Assembly: GCA_016869285.1 (NCBI GenBank)
Contig: VGEN01000001.1
Location: 7,201-71,200, forward strand
Length of the DNA: 64,000 nucleotides
Source of the DNA: Alphaproteobacteria bacterium
Lineage (GTDB): Bacteria > Pseudomonadota > Alphaproteobacteria > SHVZ01
Direction of reading: 5' to 3'
This document shows positions 42,286-50,382 of this stretch, piece after piece (position 1 is the stretch's first letter; every line of letters begins with the position of its first letter). The position numbers and the translations under genes are program-made. The notes below the pieces were generated by a model that was not told the origin of the DNA, ran no database searches, and saw nothing but the letters and a program-made list of their open reading frames with translations.

Positions 42286-43101
42286 TCAGGTGATCTGCGC
42301 CAAGCCTCGCGCCTCGGCGGCCTGCGCCCAGTCCTCGGTGATCTGGTAGCCGGACTCGGGAATGCGCGCGAAGCCGAGGATGCAAAGATCGTCGCGCAGC
42401 GCCGCCTGGCCCGGATCGTCGCCGAAGCTGGTGAGCGTCTCGCCGAGACGCTCCACGATGTCGGATGGCGCGCCTTCCGAGGCCATGAAAGCCGGAATCG
42501 GCACAACGTCTGTCGAGGCTATGATGCGAGTGCGCCCCGCCACCTCCGGCCAGTGCCGGCGCAGCAGCGCATAGGCGAAGGAGTCGAGGGGGCCGACATC
42601 GGTTTTGCCTTCGACGATCGCCTCGACCATCAGGCGCGGCGTCCTCAAGGGTCCGACGATCTCGCGATAGAGCATCTTGGTCACGCCCTTGCGGTAGGAA
42701 AGCAGATGGTGCCGCGGCGCGTTGTAGCCCGAATGCGAGTCCGGGATCGTGTAAGCGAAACGATGGCCGAAGGTGTCTTCCAGCGTCTTGAACGGCGCGT
42801 CGTCGCGGACGACGAAGTGCGAGCAGTAGACCGCTCGTCCCCGGGCATAGGCAGCGCTCGGGATCGGCGCGGCGACGACCTGGTGGATCGCGCCGTAGCG
42901 CATGAAGGGCCAACCGCACATGAAAGTGCAGGCGAGGTCCTTCCTGGACCACAGCTCGTCGAGCGAGGCCGGGAAGGCATGGTCGATCACCGTCATGTCG
43001 AAGCCCGACCGCTCCTGGAGCCAGGCGAAGAGCCGCTTCCACGCCGCGGCCGCGCCCGGCGCGACCGAGTACATGCGGGCATTGGCGATGAGATCGCTCA
43101 T
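42286..43101 (-). CDS. PhnD/SsuA-like periplasmic-binding-protein-fold protein lacking a signal peptide
   Basis: 271 aa from internal ATG MSDLIANARMYSVAP...; type-II PBP-like composition, no N-terminal hydrophobic signal; ATGA overlap with DMGDH paralog 2. Confidence 0.55.
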   Translation of the reverse strand: MSDLIANARMYSVAPGAAAAWKRLFAWLQERSGFDMTVIDHAFPASLDELWSRKDLACTFMCGWPFMRYGAIHQVVAAPIPSAAYARGRAVYCSHFVVRDDAPFKTLEDTFGHRFAYTIPDSHSGYNAPRHHLLSYRKGVTKMLYREIVGPLRTPRLMVEAIVEGKTDVGPLDSFAYALLRRHWPEVAGRTRIIASTDVVPIPAFMASEGAPSDIVERLGETLTSFGDDPGQAALRDDLCILGFARIPESGYQITEDWAQAAEARGLAQIT

Positions 43102-45509
43102 CCGCGCTGGCGACCGCCATTGGCGTCGAAGAGCGGCTGGGTCTGCACGATCGCCAGGCAGGCTTTGCCGAAGATCAGCACCGAGAGCTCGGCGCCGTCC
43201 TTGGCGTAGTCGGCATGGACATAGGCCATCGCCATGCTCTTGCCGGCCCAATGCGCATAGCCACCCGAAGTCACCTGGCCGACCGCTTCGCCGTTCCGCA
43301 TCACGCTCTCATAGCCGACGACTTCGGTATCGGTATCGACAATCAGCGGCACCAGCTTCTTCTTCGGTGCTGCCGCTCGGTCTTTATGCGCCGCCTCACG
43401 GCCGATGAAGTCCGGCTTGTCATAAGCGACGAAACGGTCGAGGCCACTTTCCATCGGCGTGTAGTCCGGACGGAACTCGCGGAAGAAGGCGCCATAGGCC
43501 TTTTCCAGGCGCAGCGACATCAGCGCACGGTTGCCGAAATGGCGGAGGCCGAGATCCTTGCCGGCCCCGACCAGCGCCTCGTAGAGCGTTACCTGATAGT
43601 CGGGCGTCACCCAGATCTCGTAGCCGAGATCACCGGTGTAGCTGGCACGGAGCACCGTCGCCGGCGCCAGGCCGACAACCATCTCGCGCGCGGCGAAGAA
43701 CTTGAAGGCCTGGGCCGAGACATCCTCGAAGACGAGGCGCTGGAGCAGCTCGCGCGACTTCGGGCCGGCGATCATGAAGCCGGTCAGCGCATGCGGCAGC
43801 GGGCGGATATAGGTTCCGGCCGGCGGCGGATGCTTCTCGAACCAGCGCATGTGGTAGATCTCGGCGACGCCGGAACCGATCATCAGGAAACGGTCCTCGG
43901 CGAGCCTCGCCACCGAGAAGTCGCCGATGATCGTGCCGCGCGGGTTCAGCATCGGCGCCAGCACCATGCGGCCCGGCTTCGGCATCTTGTTGGCGAGCAT
44001 CCGGTTGAGCCAGGACTCGGCCTCCGGACCTACCACCTCGTATTTGCCGAACCCCGAGATCTCCATGAGACCGACGGCGTTGCGGATCGCGTGGCACTCC
44101 TCCCTGACGATCGGGAAAGCGTTGGATCGGCGATAGGTCGGGTTCTCGTAGGGCTCCATGCCTTTCGGCGCATACCAGAGCGCGACCTCGAGGCCGAAAT
44201 TGGCGCCGAACACGGCGCCTGCCTCCTTGAGCCGGTCATAGACCGGCGTGCGGCGCAGCGGGCGTGCGGCCGGCATCTCCTCGTTCGGATAAGCGATGCG
44301 GAAGCGCCGGCTGTAATTCTCCGGCACCTTGATCAGCGTATACTGGTGTGTGGCGAACTTGCCGAAGCGCGCTACGTCCATGGCGAAGATGTCGGAGCCT
44401 GGATCGCCCTCGACCATCCAGCGCGAGAGCGCAAGGCCGACGCCGCCCCCTTGCGCGAAGCCGGCCATGACGCCGCAAGCCGACCAGTAGTTTCGCAGGC
44501 CCCGGACCGGCCCGACCAGCGGGTTGCCGTCGGGGGCGAAGGTGAAGGGGCCGTTGACCACCTTCTTGATCCCGGCGCGGCCGACCGCCGGGAAATGCTT
44601 GAAGCCGATCTCGAGATGCGGCGTCAGACGGTCGAGATCGTCCGGCAGCAGCGCCATCGAGAATTCCCAGGGCGTGGTGTGCGGCGACCACACCCGGCAA
44701 TCCTTCTCATAGGTGCCGAGCAACACGCCCTTACCTTCCTGGCGCATGTAGATCTCGCCGAAATAATCGGTGGTCGGCAGGACCTCGCGGCCATGCGCCA
44801 CGACCTCGGGGATCTCCTCGGTCACCACATACATGTGCTCCATTGCCAGCACCGGCAGCTCGATGCCCGCCATGCGGCCGACTTCGCGCGCCCAGAGGCC
44901 GGCAGCGTTGACGACATGCTCGGCATGCACATTGCCCTTGTCGGTGATCACGTCCCAGGAACCGTCGCGGCGCTGCTTCAGCGCCGAGACCTGGGTAAAG
45001 CGATGCACCTCGGCGCCCGCCTTGCGCGCGGCGATGGCATAGGCGTGAGCCACGCCGTTCGGGTCGACATGGCCGCCATCGAGGCGATGCAAGGCGCCGA
45101 CGAACTGCCCAGGGTCGAGCAGAGGATTGAGTTTCCTGGCCTCGGCCGGCGAGATCAGATGCGTCTCCATGCCGAGATACTTGGCACGCGAGTGCATGAG
45201 CTTGAGGTTGTCGAAGATCTCGTCGGTAGCGGCGACGACCATGTTGCCGGTGGCGTGGATGCCGCAGCTCTGGCCGGAGATCCGCTCGATCTCGCGATAG
45301 AGGTCGATCGTGTACTTCTGCAGCCGCGAGACGTTGGCGTCCGAATTGTAGGTATGCACGCTGGCCGCCGCGTGCCAGGTCGAACCCGAGGTGAGCTCGT
45401 GCTTCTCGAACAGCGCGATGTCGGTCCAACCGAGCTTGGTCAGATGGTAGAGAATGCTGGCGCCGACGACCCCGCCGCCGATCACGGCCACACGATACTC
45501 GGTCTTCAC
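43098..45509 (-). CDS. dimethylglycine dehydrogenase / sarcosine dehydrogenase family protein, paralog 2
   Basis: 803 aa; VAVIGGGVVGASILYHLT FAD fold plus GcvT-like C-terminal domain; colinear with paralog 1. Confidence 0.85.
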   Translation of the reverse strand: MKTEYRVAVIGGGVVGASILYHLTKLGWTDIALFEKHELTSGSTWHAAASVHTYNSDANVSRLQKYTIDLYREIERISGQSCGIHATGNMVVAATDEIFDNLKLMHSRAKYLGMETHLISPAEARKLNPLLDPGQFVGALHRLDGGHVDPNGVAHAYAIAARKAGAEVHRFTQVSALKQRRDGSWDVITDKGNVHAEHVVNAAGLWAREVGRMAGIELPVLAMEHMYVVTEEIPEVVAHGREVLPTTDYFGEIYMRQEGKGVLLGTYEKDCRVWSPHTTPWEFSMALLPDDLDRLTPHLEIGFKHFPAVGRAGIKKVVNGPFTFAPDGNPLVGPVRGLRNYWSACGVMAGFAQGGGVGLALSRWMVEGDPGSDIFAMDVARFGKFATHQYTLIKVPENYSRRFRIAYPNEEMPAARPLRRTPVYDRLKEAGAVFGANFGLEVALWYAPKGMEPYENPTYRRSNAFPIVREECHAIRNAVGLMEISGFGKYEVVGPEAESWLNRMLANKMPKPGRMVLAPMLNPRGTIIGDFSVARLAEDRFLMIGSGVAEIYHMRWFEKHPPPAGTYIRPLPHALTGFMIAGPKSRELLQRLVFEDVSAQAFKFFAAREMVVGLAPATVLRASYTGDLGYEIWVTPDYQVTLYEALVGAGKDLGLRHFGNRALMSLRLEKAYGAFFREFRPDYTPMESGLDRFVAYDKPDFIGREAAHKDRAAAPKKKLVPLIVDTDTEVVGYESVMRNGEAVGQVTSGGYAHWAGKSMAMAYVHADYAKDGAELSVLIFGKACLAIVQTQPLFDANGGRQRG

Positions 45510-45553
45510 TCAGATCCCCTGCACATCGACTGGCTCACGGGCAATACGGCAAT

Positions 45554-46513
45554 TCACTCCGACCGCGCAACCGCTCCGGCATCGCCGGCCCCGCGCCGGC
45601 CGCGACGGCGGCCGCCCGCCCCCTCCCCCGCAGCAGCCGGGTCACGGTTGGCGCGGAGCCAGGCCATGCAGTCGGGGTCGAAGCCATTCAGCGTATTGGC
45701 GGCGCGGATCGCATCCATATCCTCCTTGTGCAGCGGGTTCATGATGGCGCTGGTCATGCCGATGGCGGCGGCCATCGACAGGAAATGCGCATTCATGACC
45801 CGGCGGTTCGGGATGCCGAAGGAGATATTCGAGGCACCGCAGGTGGTGTTCACCTTGAGCTCCTCGCGCAGCCGGCGGACGAGGCGAAAGACCTGGGCGC
45901 CGGCCGAGTTGAGCGCGCCGATCGGCATCACCAGCGGGTCGATGACGATGTCGGCAGCCTTGATGCCGTGATCCGCGGCACGCTCGACGATCTTCTTGGC
46001 GACGGCGAAGCGAACATCGGGGTCGTAGCTGATGCCGGTCTCGTCGTTGGAGATCGCAACCACCGGCACATTGTACTTCTTCACCAGCGGCAGGATGGTC
46101 TCGAGCCGGTCTTCCTCGCCGGTTACCGAATTGACCAAGGGGCGCCCCTTGGCGACCGCGAGACCGGCCGCCAGCGCCGCCGGCACGGAGGAGTCGATCG
46201 AGAGCGGCACGTCGACCAGCGACTGCACCAGCTCGATGGTCTTGGCCAGCAGCGGCGGCTCGGTGAGGTTGGGATCGACCGCGGTGACGCCGGCATTGAC
46301 GTCGAGAACCAGCGCACCGGCCGCGACCTGGGCCAGCGCGTCGGCGGTCACGGTCGAGAAGTCGCCGGCCATCATCTCGGCCGCAAGCTTCTTGCGGCCG
46401 GTCGGGTTGATACGCTCACCGATCACGCAGAATGGCTGATTGAAGCCGATGATTGCGGTCTTGGTTGCTGAATGCAGGACAGTCTCGGTCACGGAATTCC
46501 CCTTCCCACCCAC
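45554..46513 (-). CDS. pterin-binding methyltransferase (methyltetrahydrofolate:corrinoid methyltransferase, MtrH/AcsE/MtgA-like)
   Basis: N-terminal IIGERINPTGRKK motif typical of pterin-binding (DHPS-like) methyltransferases; ORF-track start is GTG; an internal GTG at 46492 overlapping the MTHFR stop is an alternative. Confidence 0.75.
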   Translation of the reverse strand: MGGKGNSVTETVLHSATKTAIIGFNQPFCVIGERINPTGRKKLAAEMMAGDFSTVTADALAQVAAGALVLDVNAGVTAVDPNLTEPPLLAKTIELVQSLVDVPLSIDSSVPAALAAGLAVAKGRPLVNSVTGEEDRLETILPLVKKYNVPVVAISNDETGISYDPDVRFAVAKKIVERAADHGIKAADIVIDPLVMPIGALNSAGAQVFRLVRRLREELKVNTTCGASNISFGIPNRRVMNAHFLSMAAAIGMTSAIMNPLHKEDMDAIRAANTLNGFDPDCMAWLRANRDPAAAGEGAGGRRRGRRGAGDAGAVARSE

Positions 46514-47382
46514 GAACCTCGTCCAGTCAGCCAGGCCGTCGCGGCGGCTAGCCCACCGAAAGCATACACATGCAGCTGCCGGATCAGCCGCGCCTCGCCG
46601 GCAAGGACTCTACGCTCAATCGCGCGGACATGCGCCTCGGGCTCATAGTTGCCGAGCAGCGAGGTCAGCTGAGTGCCGCGCTTGAGCGCGAAGGACATCG
46701 AGGTCCGCACGCCGCACAGCGCCGCGAATTTGAGAAGCCGCGTCATGGTCGTCGGCCCGGCGACGCCGAGATGGATCGGCAGGCTCACCCCTTCATCGCG
46801 AAGGCCGTTGGCCCAGGCGATGGCCAGGCTCGGATCGAAGCCGAATTGCGTGACCAGCCGGACATCGATGCCGGTGCGCTTGGCGAAGTCAATCTTCCAA
46901 CGCAGCGCCTCGACGATGACGGTCGGCGCGATATCGGGCGAGCCCTCCGGGTGCCCGGCGACGCCGATGTGACGGATTCCGTATTGCTCGAACAATCCGG
47001 TCGACAGCACATCCATCGACGAGCCGAAGGGGCCGAGCGGTCTGGCTATGTCGCCGCCGATGATGAGCGCGTCGTCGATCGCTGCCGCCTCCGCCATCGC
47101 GCGCAGACGCTCCTCGATCTCCTCCAGGCTCCTCAGACGACGGCAGGCGATGTGCGGGACGGGGCGAAGGCCGGCCTCGGCGAGGATGCGGCAGGCGCTG
47201 CCCCACTCCGAAACCGGCGTGTCGCCGCCGTCGACCAGATAGATCCGGGTCGCCTCCGGGATCGCCTTCAGCGGCGACGGTTCCTTGATGACGCCTTTGG
47301 GCGACAGCTCGATCGAGGCCGGCAGTGCCCGGCTATCCTGTCGGCCTGCGATCTCGACCATCGGTCCTCGAACCTCGCTCAT
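46489..47382 (-). CDS. methylenetetrahydrofolate reductase (MetF-like)
   Basis: 297 aa TIM-barrel flavoprotein pattern of MTHFR family (..PHIACRRL..; ..LVTQFGFD..). Confidence 0.75.
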   Translation of the reverse strand: MSEVRGPMVEIAGRQDSRALPASIELSPKGVIKEPSPLKAIPEATRIYLVDGGDTPVSEWGSACRILAEAGLRPVPHIACRRLRSLEEIEERLRAMAEAAAIDDALIIGGDIARPLGPFGSSMDVLSTGLFEQYGIRHIGVAGHPEGSPDIAPTVIVEALRWKIDFAKRTGIDVRLVTQFGFDPSLAIAWANGLRDEGVSLPIHLGVAGPTTMTRLLKFAALCGVRTSMSFALKRGTQLTSLLGNYEPEAHVRAIERRVLAGEARLIRQLHVYAFGGLAAATAWLTGRGSWVGRGIP

Positions 47383-47472
47383 GCCGCCTCAATCGCATGG
47401 CCGGGCACGGGCAGCGGATTGGCCCCCGACCGGTTCCCTTCCATTGGCGACAAGTTCCTACTCCGTTCGCGC

Positions 47473-49113
47473 CTAGCCGACGCGATCAAGCCTTATATCC
47501 TTCATGCGATCGGAGCTGACCAGCAGGCCGACGACTCTGCCGCCATCGCGTACCACGCGCACGGCATGGACAACGCGCCAGCCGGGCCAGAGCATGGTGG
47601 TGCCGATAAAGCGGTCAGGTTCGAGCGCCTCCAGCGAAACCAGGGCGCCACGGTGGAAGCCGGGCCCGAGCTTGAGCACAAGGCCGCCATCGACGAGGCG
47701 TAGCTCGAATGTGGTCGCCAGCTCCTCGCTGGCATAGCGCCCGACCAGCGCCGACAGGGCCGACGCCGAAGGCCGATACTCGGGCGCCGGATCGAAGACG
47801 CAGCGCTGTCCGCCGAAATCCATGCGGATCACCGGCCCGCCATTCGCCCTTTTCTCGATCTCGGCCGTCGTATCGACATTCGCCCAGCTCTCGAGGAAGC
47901 GGTTGCCGCCGATCGGCCGAAGCATGAGCGCATGCCCGTGCTTGTCCGCCTCGATACCGGACTCGGTGACTTTCAGAGTCAGGACTTCGCCGGAGTCGCG
48001 GTCGACATAGCGACCATTGACCGCGGAGAGGTCGAGTCCGGGGATCGCAACCTGCTTCATGCGCTCCTTGCCAAGCGTCACCGGCGAAGGCTCGGTAAAC
48101 TCATCGGCCAGCGCCACATCGGCGATCTCGGTGAAACGACGGTATGGATCGGCATCGTCACGGTTGCAGAGGAGCACGACGCCGAAGTCGACGCCCGGCA
48201 TATACGCGAAGACCGAGCGGAAACCCGGCAGCCCGCCGCCATGCGTCCAGAGATCGAGTCCGCGATACTTTCGGACGCCGAGACCGAGGCCGTAGTTGGT
48301 CGGGCTGCCATCGGCGAGCTTGCCTGTCGTCGTCATGTGGCGGACGAGCTTCTCCTTGCCGATACCGCCGGCGCGGAGCATGCCCTGCCAGCGGACGAGA
48401 TCGGGCACCGAGCTGATGAGCCCACCGGCACCGCCCAGACCGATGGTGAAGATACCCTTGCGCCAGCCGCCGCCCGGCTTCGGCAGGTAGGAGCTGGCCA
48501 GGTCCTCGGCGACATCGTCGGCATCGTCGCGCATTCGCGTCGCCGCGATGCCGAGCGGCACCAGCAGCTCGTCGTCCAGGAACGTCATGAAGGGCTTGCC
48601 CGACCGGCGCTCGACCACCAACGCCATCAGGATGAAGTTGATGTTGGTGTAGACGTTGCGCGCCCCGACCGGGAAGCTGAAGTGGCGCTGGTTGAAGGCG
48701 ATGTCGAGATAGTCTTGGACCGTACGCGCCTGATCGGTGCCGACGCCGGAGAGCTGCATCAACTCCCAGGAGTCGCGGAGCCCGCTGGTCATGCCGAGAA
48801 GGCGGCGCAACGGCACCGGCCGGTCGACCTTCAGCTCCGGTACGATACCCCGCACATCCTCGTCGATATCGAGCCGGCCGCGTTCGACCAGAAGGGCCGA
48901 TGCCGCACCGACGAAGGTCTTGGTGATCGAGGCGATGTGAAAACGCGACTTCAGACTGACCGGCACGCCAAGCTCGATGCTGGCGAGGCCAAAGCAGCGC
49001 GAATGCACGATCTCGCCGCCGCGGACCAGAGCCAGCGCGCCTCCCGGCTGACCGGCCGCGTCCCAGCCGGCGAAGAGATTGTCGATCGCGTTGGTACGCA
49101 GAGTTGTCGGCAT
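47473..49113 (-). CDS. beta-lactamase-fold serine hydrolase (class C / D-aminopeptidase-like) with C-terminal extension
   Basis: 546 aa; SxxK active-site motif SITK near N-terminus, class C-like fold. Confidence 0.75.
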   Translation of the reverse strand: MPTTLRTNAIDNLFAGWDAAGQPGGALALVRGGEIVHSRCFGLASIELGVPVSLKSRFHIASITKTFVGAASALLVERGRLDIDEDVRGIVPELKVDRPVPLRRLLGMTSGLRDSWELMQLSGVGTDQARTVQDYLDIAFNQRHFSFPVGARNVYTNINFILMALVVERRSGKPFMTFLDDELLVPLGIAATRMRDDADDVAEDLASSYLPKPGGGWRKGIFTIGLGGAGGLISSVPDLVRWQGMLRAGGIGKEKLVRHMTTTGKLADGSPTNYGLGLGVRKYRGLDLWTHGGGLPGFRSVFAYMPGVDFGVVLLCNRDDADPYRRFTEIADVALADEFTEPSPVTLGKERMKQVAIPGLDLSAVNGRYVDRDSGEVLTLKVTESGIEADKHGHALMLRPIGGNRFLESWANVDTTAEIEKRANGGPVIRMDFGGQRCVFDPAPEYRPSASALSALVGRYASEELATTFELRLVDGGLVLKLGPGFHRGALVSLEALEPDRFIGTTMLWPGWRVVHAVRVVRDGGRVVGLLVSSDRMKDIRLDRVG

Positions 49114-49142
49114 CTAGATGACTTTCTTTGAGATCAGGCTTT

Positions 49143-49282
49143 GACAGCCCCTCGCTTCGCTCGCCCCCACCCCATCCCTCCGCCGCTTCGCGGGAGAGGG
49201 GGCACGAGAAGGCAAGCGCCTCGTGTCCCCTCTCCCGCGAAGCGGCGGAGGGATGGGGAGGGGGAGAGCGCGGCGAGGGTCG
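49143..49282. repeat. REP/RIME-like palindromic element, copy B
   Basis: About 60-bp imperfect inverted repeat arms (...CCCCATCCCTCCGCCGCTTCGCGGGAGAGGGGG / CTCGTGTCCCCTCTCCCGCGAAGCGGCGGAGGGATGGGG...) around centre AAGGCAAGCGC. Confidence 0.7.
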
Positions 49283-50380
49283 TCATCGAGCTTCGGCGGC
49301 GAGGCCGCGGGCGATGCGGTCGAGCAGGAGTCGCGACTGCGCCACCACCATCTCACGCCAGGAATCGTGGTCGGGCGCGAAAGCACGCAGCAAACGCTGC
49401 TTCACCGACTGCACCGAGGCGTCGTGCCAGTCGTTCCTGCCCCGCTTGTGGAGCACATGCTCGGCACGCAGCGAATCGATCACCTCCTCATGCGGCACGG
49501 TGCCGTATTCGAAGCTGACATAGGCCGAGTGCAGGCCGCAACTCTTCTCCCAGAGCTCCGAGCTCAGGCCCTGCTGCGGCGGCGTCGCCGCCTTACCTTC
49601 GCGCTGGATCGTCATCGCCGGACCGATCCAGCGTTGCAGCCGGTCGCGGCCGGGATGCGCCGGATCGCCGGAATAGATCGGCTCGCAATAGCCGAACGGG
49701 CCGGCGCCGGTATGGAAGTCGATGGCGGCGACCAGCTTGCGGCCCCTGAGGTCGTAGTCGGCGAGGATCGCCTCCATGGTCTTGCGCGACCAGGTCGGGC
49801 CGGTGCCGCCGTAGAACCAGCCATCCGGCCGGGCGTATTGACCGCCTGACTGTGCGATCGCCAGCGCCGCACGGCCATGCTTGTCGCCATAGGACTTGAT
49901 GCGCGCATCCGCGGCCTTCCATGTCGCCTCGCTCGCATCGCGCGGCACGAAGTCGTCAGCGAGCTCTTCATAGCCGTGATTGACCGGAAGCGGTTTCGAG
50001 AAGTCGGCAAAGTTACGGTTAATGTCGACATTGTCCTCGTTGGTGCGGCGGAGCCAGGCGGTGCCGTAGGGATTTACGGCATGGATCAGCAGCGCGGCAA
50101 CGTCCCCATAGCGCGCGATGTCGAGATCGAGCAGCGCATCGACCTGCGCACCCGAGCCGCAGAACAGCTCCGGCCCATGCACGCCTGAAGTGACCACCAG
50201 CACCGACTTGGCCTTCGGGTTGCCGAGAAGGGCGACATCGGTCGCCAGCTCCTCGCCGTCCGGCCCGGTCATCGGGTGCTTGCAGGCGCGCGTTTTGACG
50301 CCGGCGAGATCGGCGGCAAGCTGAAACTTGCGGCGGGCTTCGGCATAGGTGAGCGCGAAGCGGTTGTTGACGCTGAGCAT
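49283..50380 (-). CDS. M14-family zinc carboxypeptidase-like protein (DUF2817 / succinylglutamate-desuccinylase-aspartoacylase-like)
   Basis: HxxE zinc motif HGPE, NRNF arginine motif, downstream zinc His (DFHTG); start at internal ATG MLSVNNRF. Confidence 0.65.
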   Translation of the reverse strand: MLSVNNRFALTYAEARRKFQLAADLAGVKTRACKHPMTGPDGEELATDVALLGNPKAKSVLVVTSGVHGPELFCGSGAQVDALLDLDIARYGDVAALLIHAVNPYGTAWLRRTNEDNVDINRNFADFSKPLPVNHGYEELADDFVPRDASEATWKAADARIKSYGDKHGRAALAIAQSGGQYARPDGWFYGGTGPTWSRKTMEAILADYDLRGRKLVAAIDFHTGAGPFGYCEPIYSGDPAHPGRDRLQRWIGPAMTIQREGKAATPPQQGLSSELWEKSCGLHSAYVSFEYGTVPHEEVIDSLRAEHVLHKRGRNDWHDASVQSVKQRLLRAFAPDHDSWREMVVAQSRLLLDRIARGLAAEAR

Positions 50381-50382
50381 GA

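Noticed and set aside
43215-45971. 918-aa plus-strand ORF across the DMGDH paralog 2 region
   Set aside because: Shadow ORF on the opposite strand of a well-supported gene; repetitive R/A/G composition. The same reasoning applies to 2134-3552(+), 9630-10847(+), 10810-12630(+), 35661-37310(-), 50470-52218(+) and 56468-58081(-).
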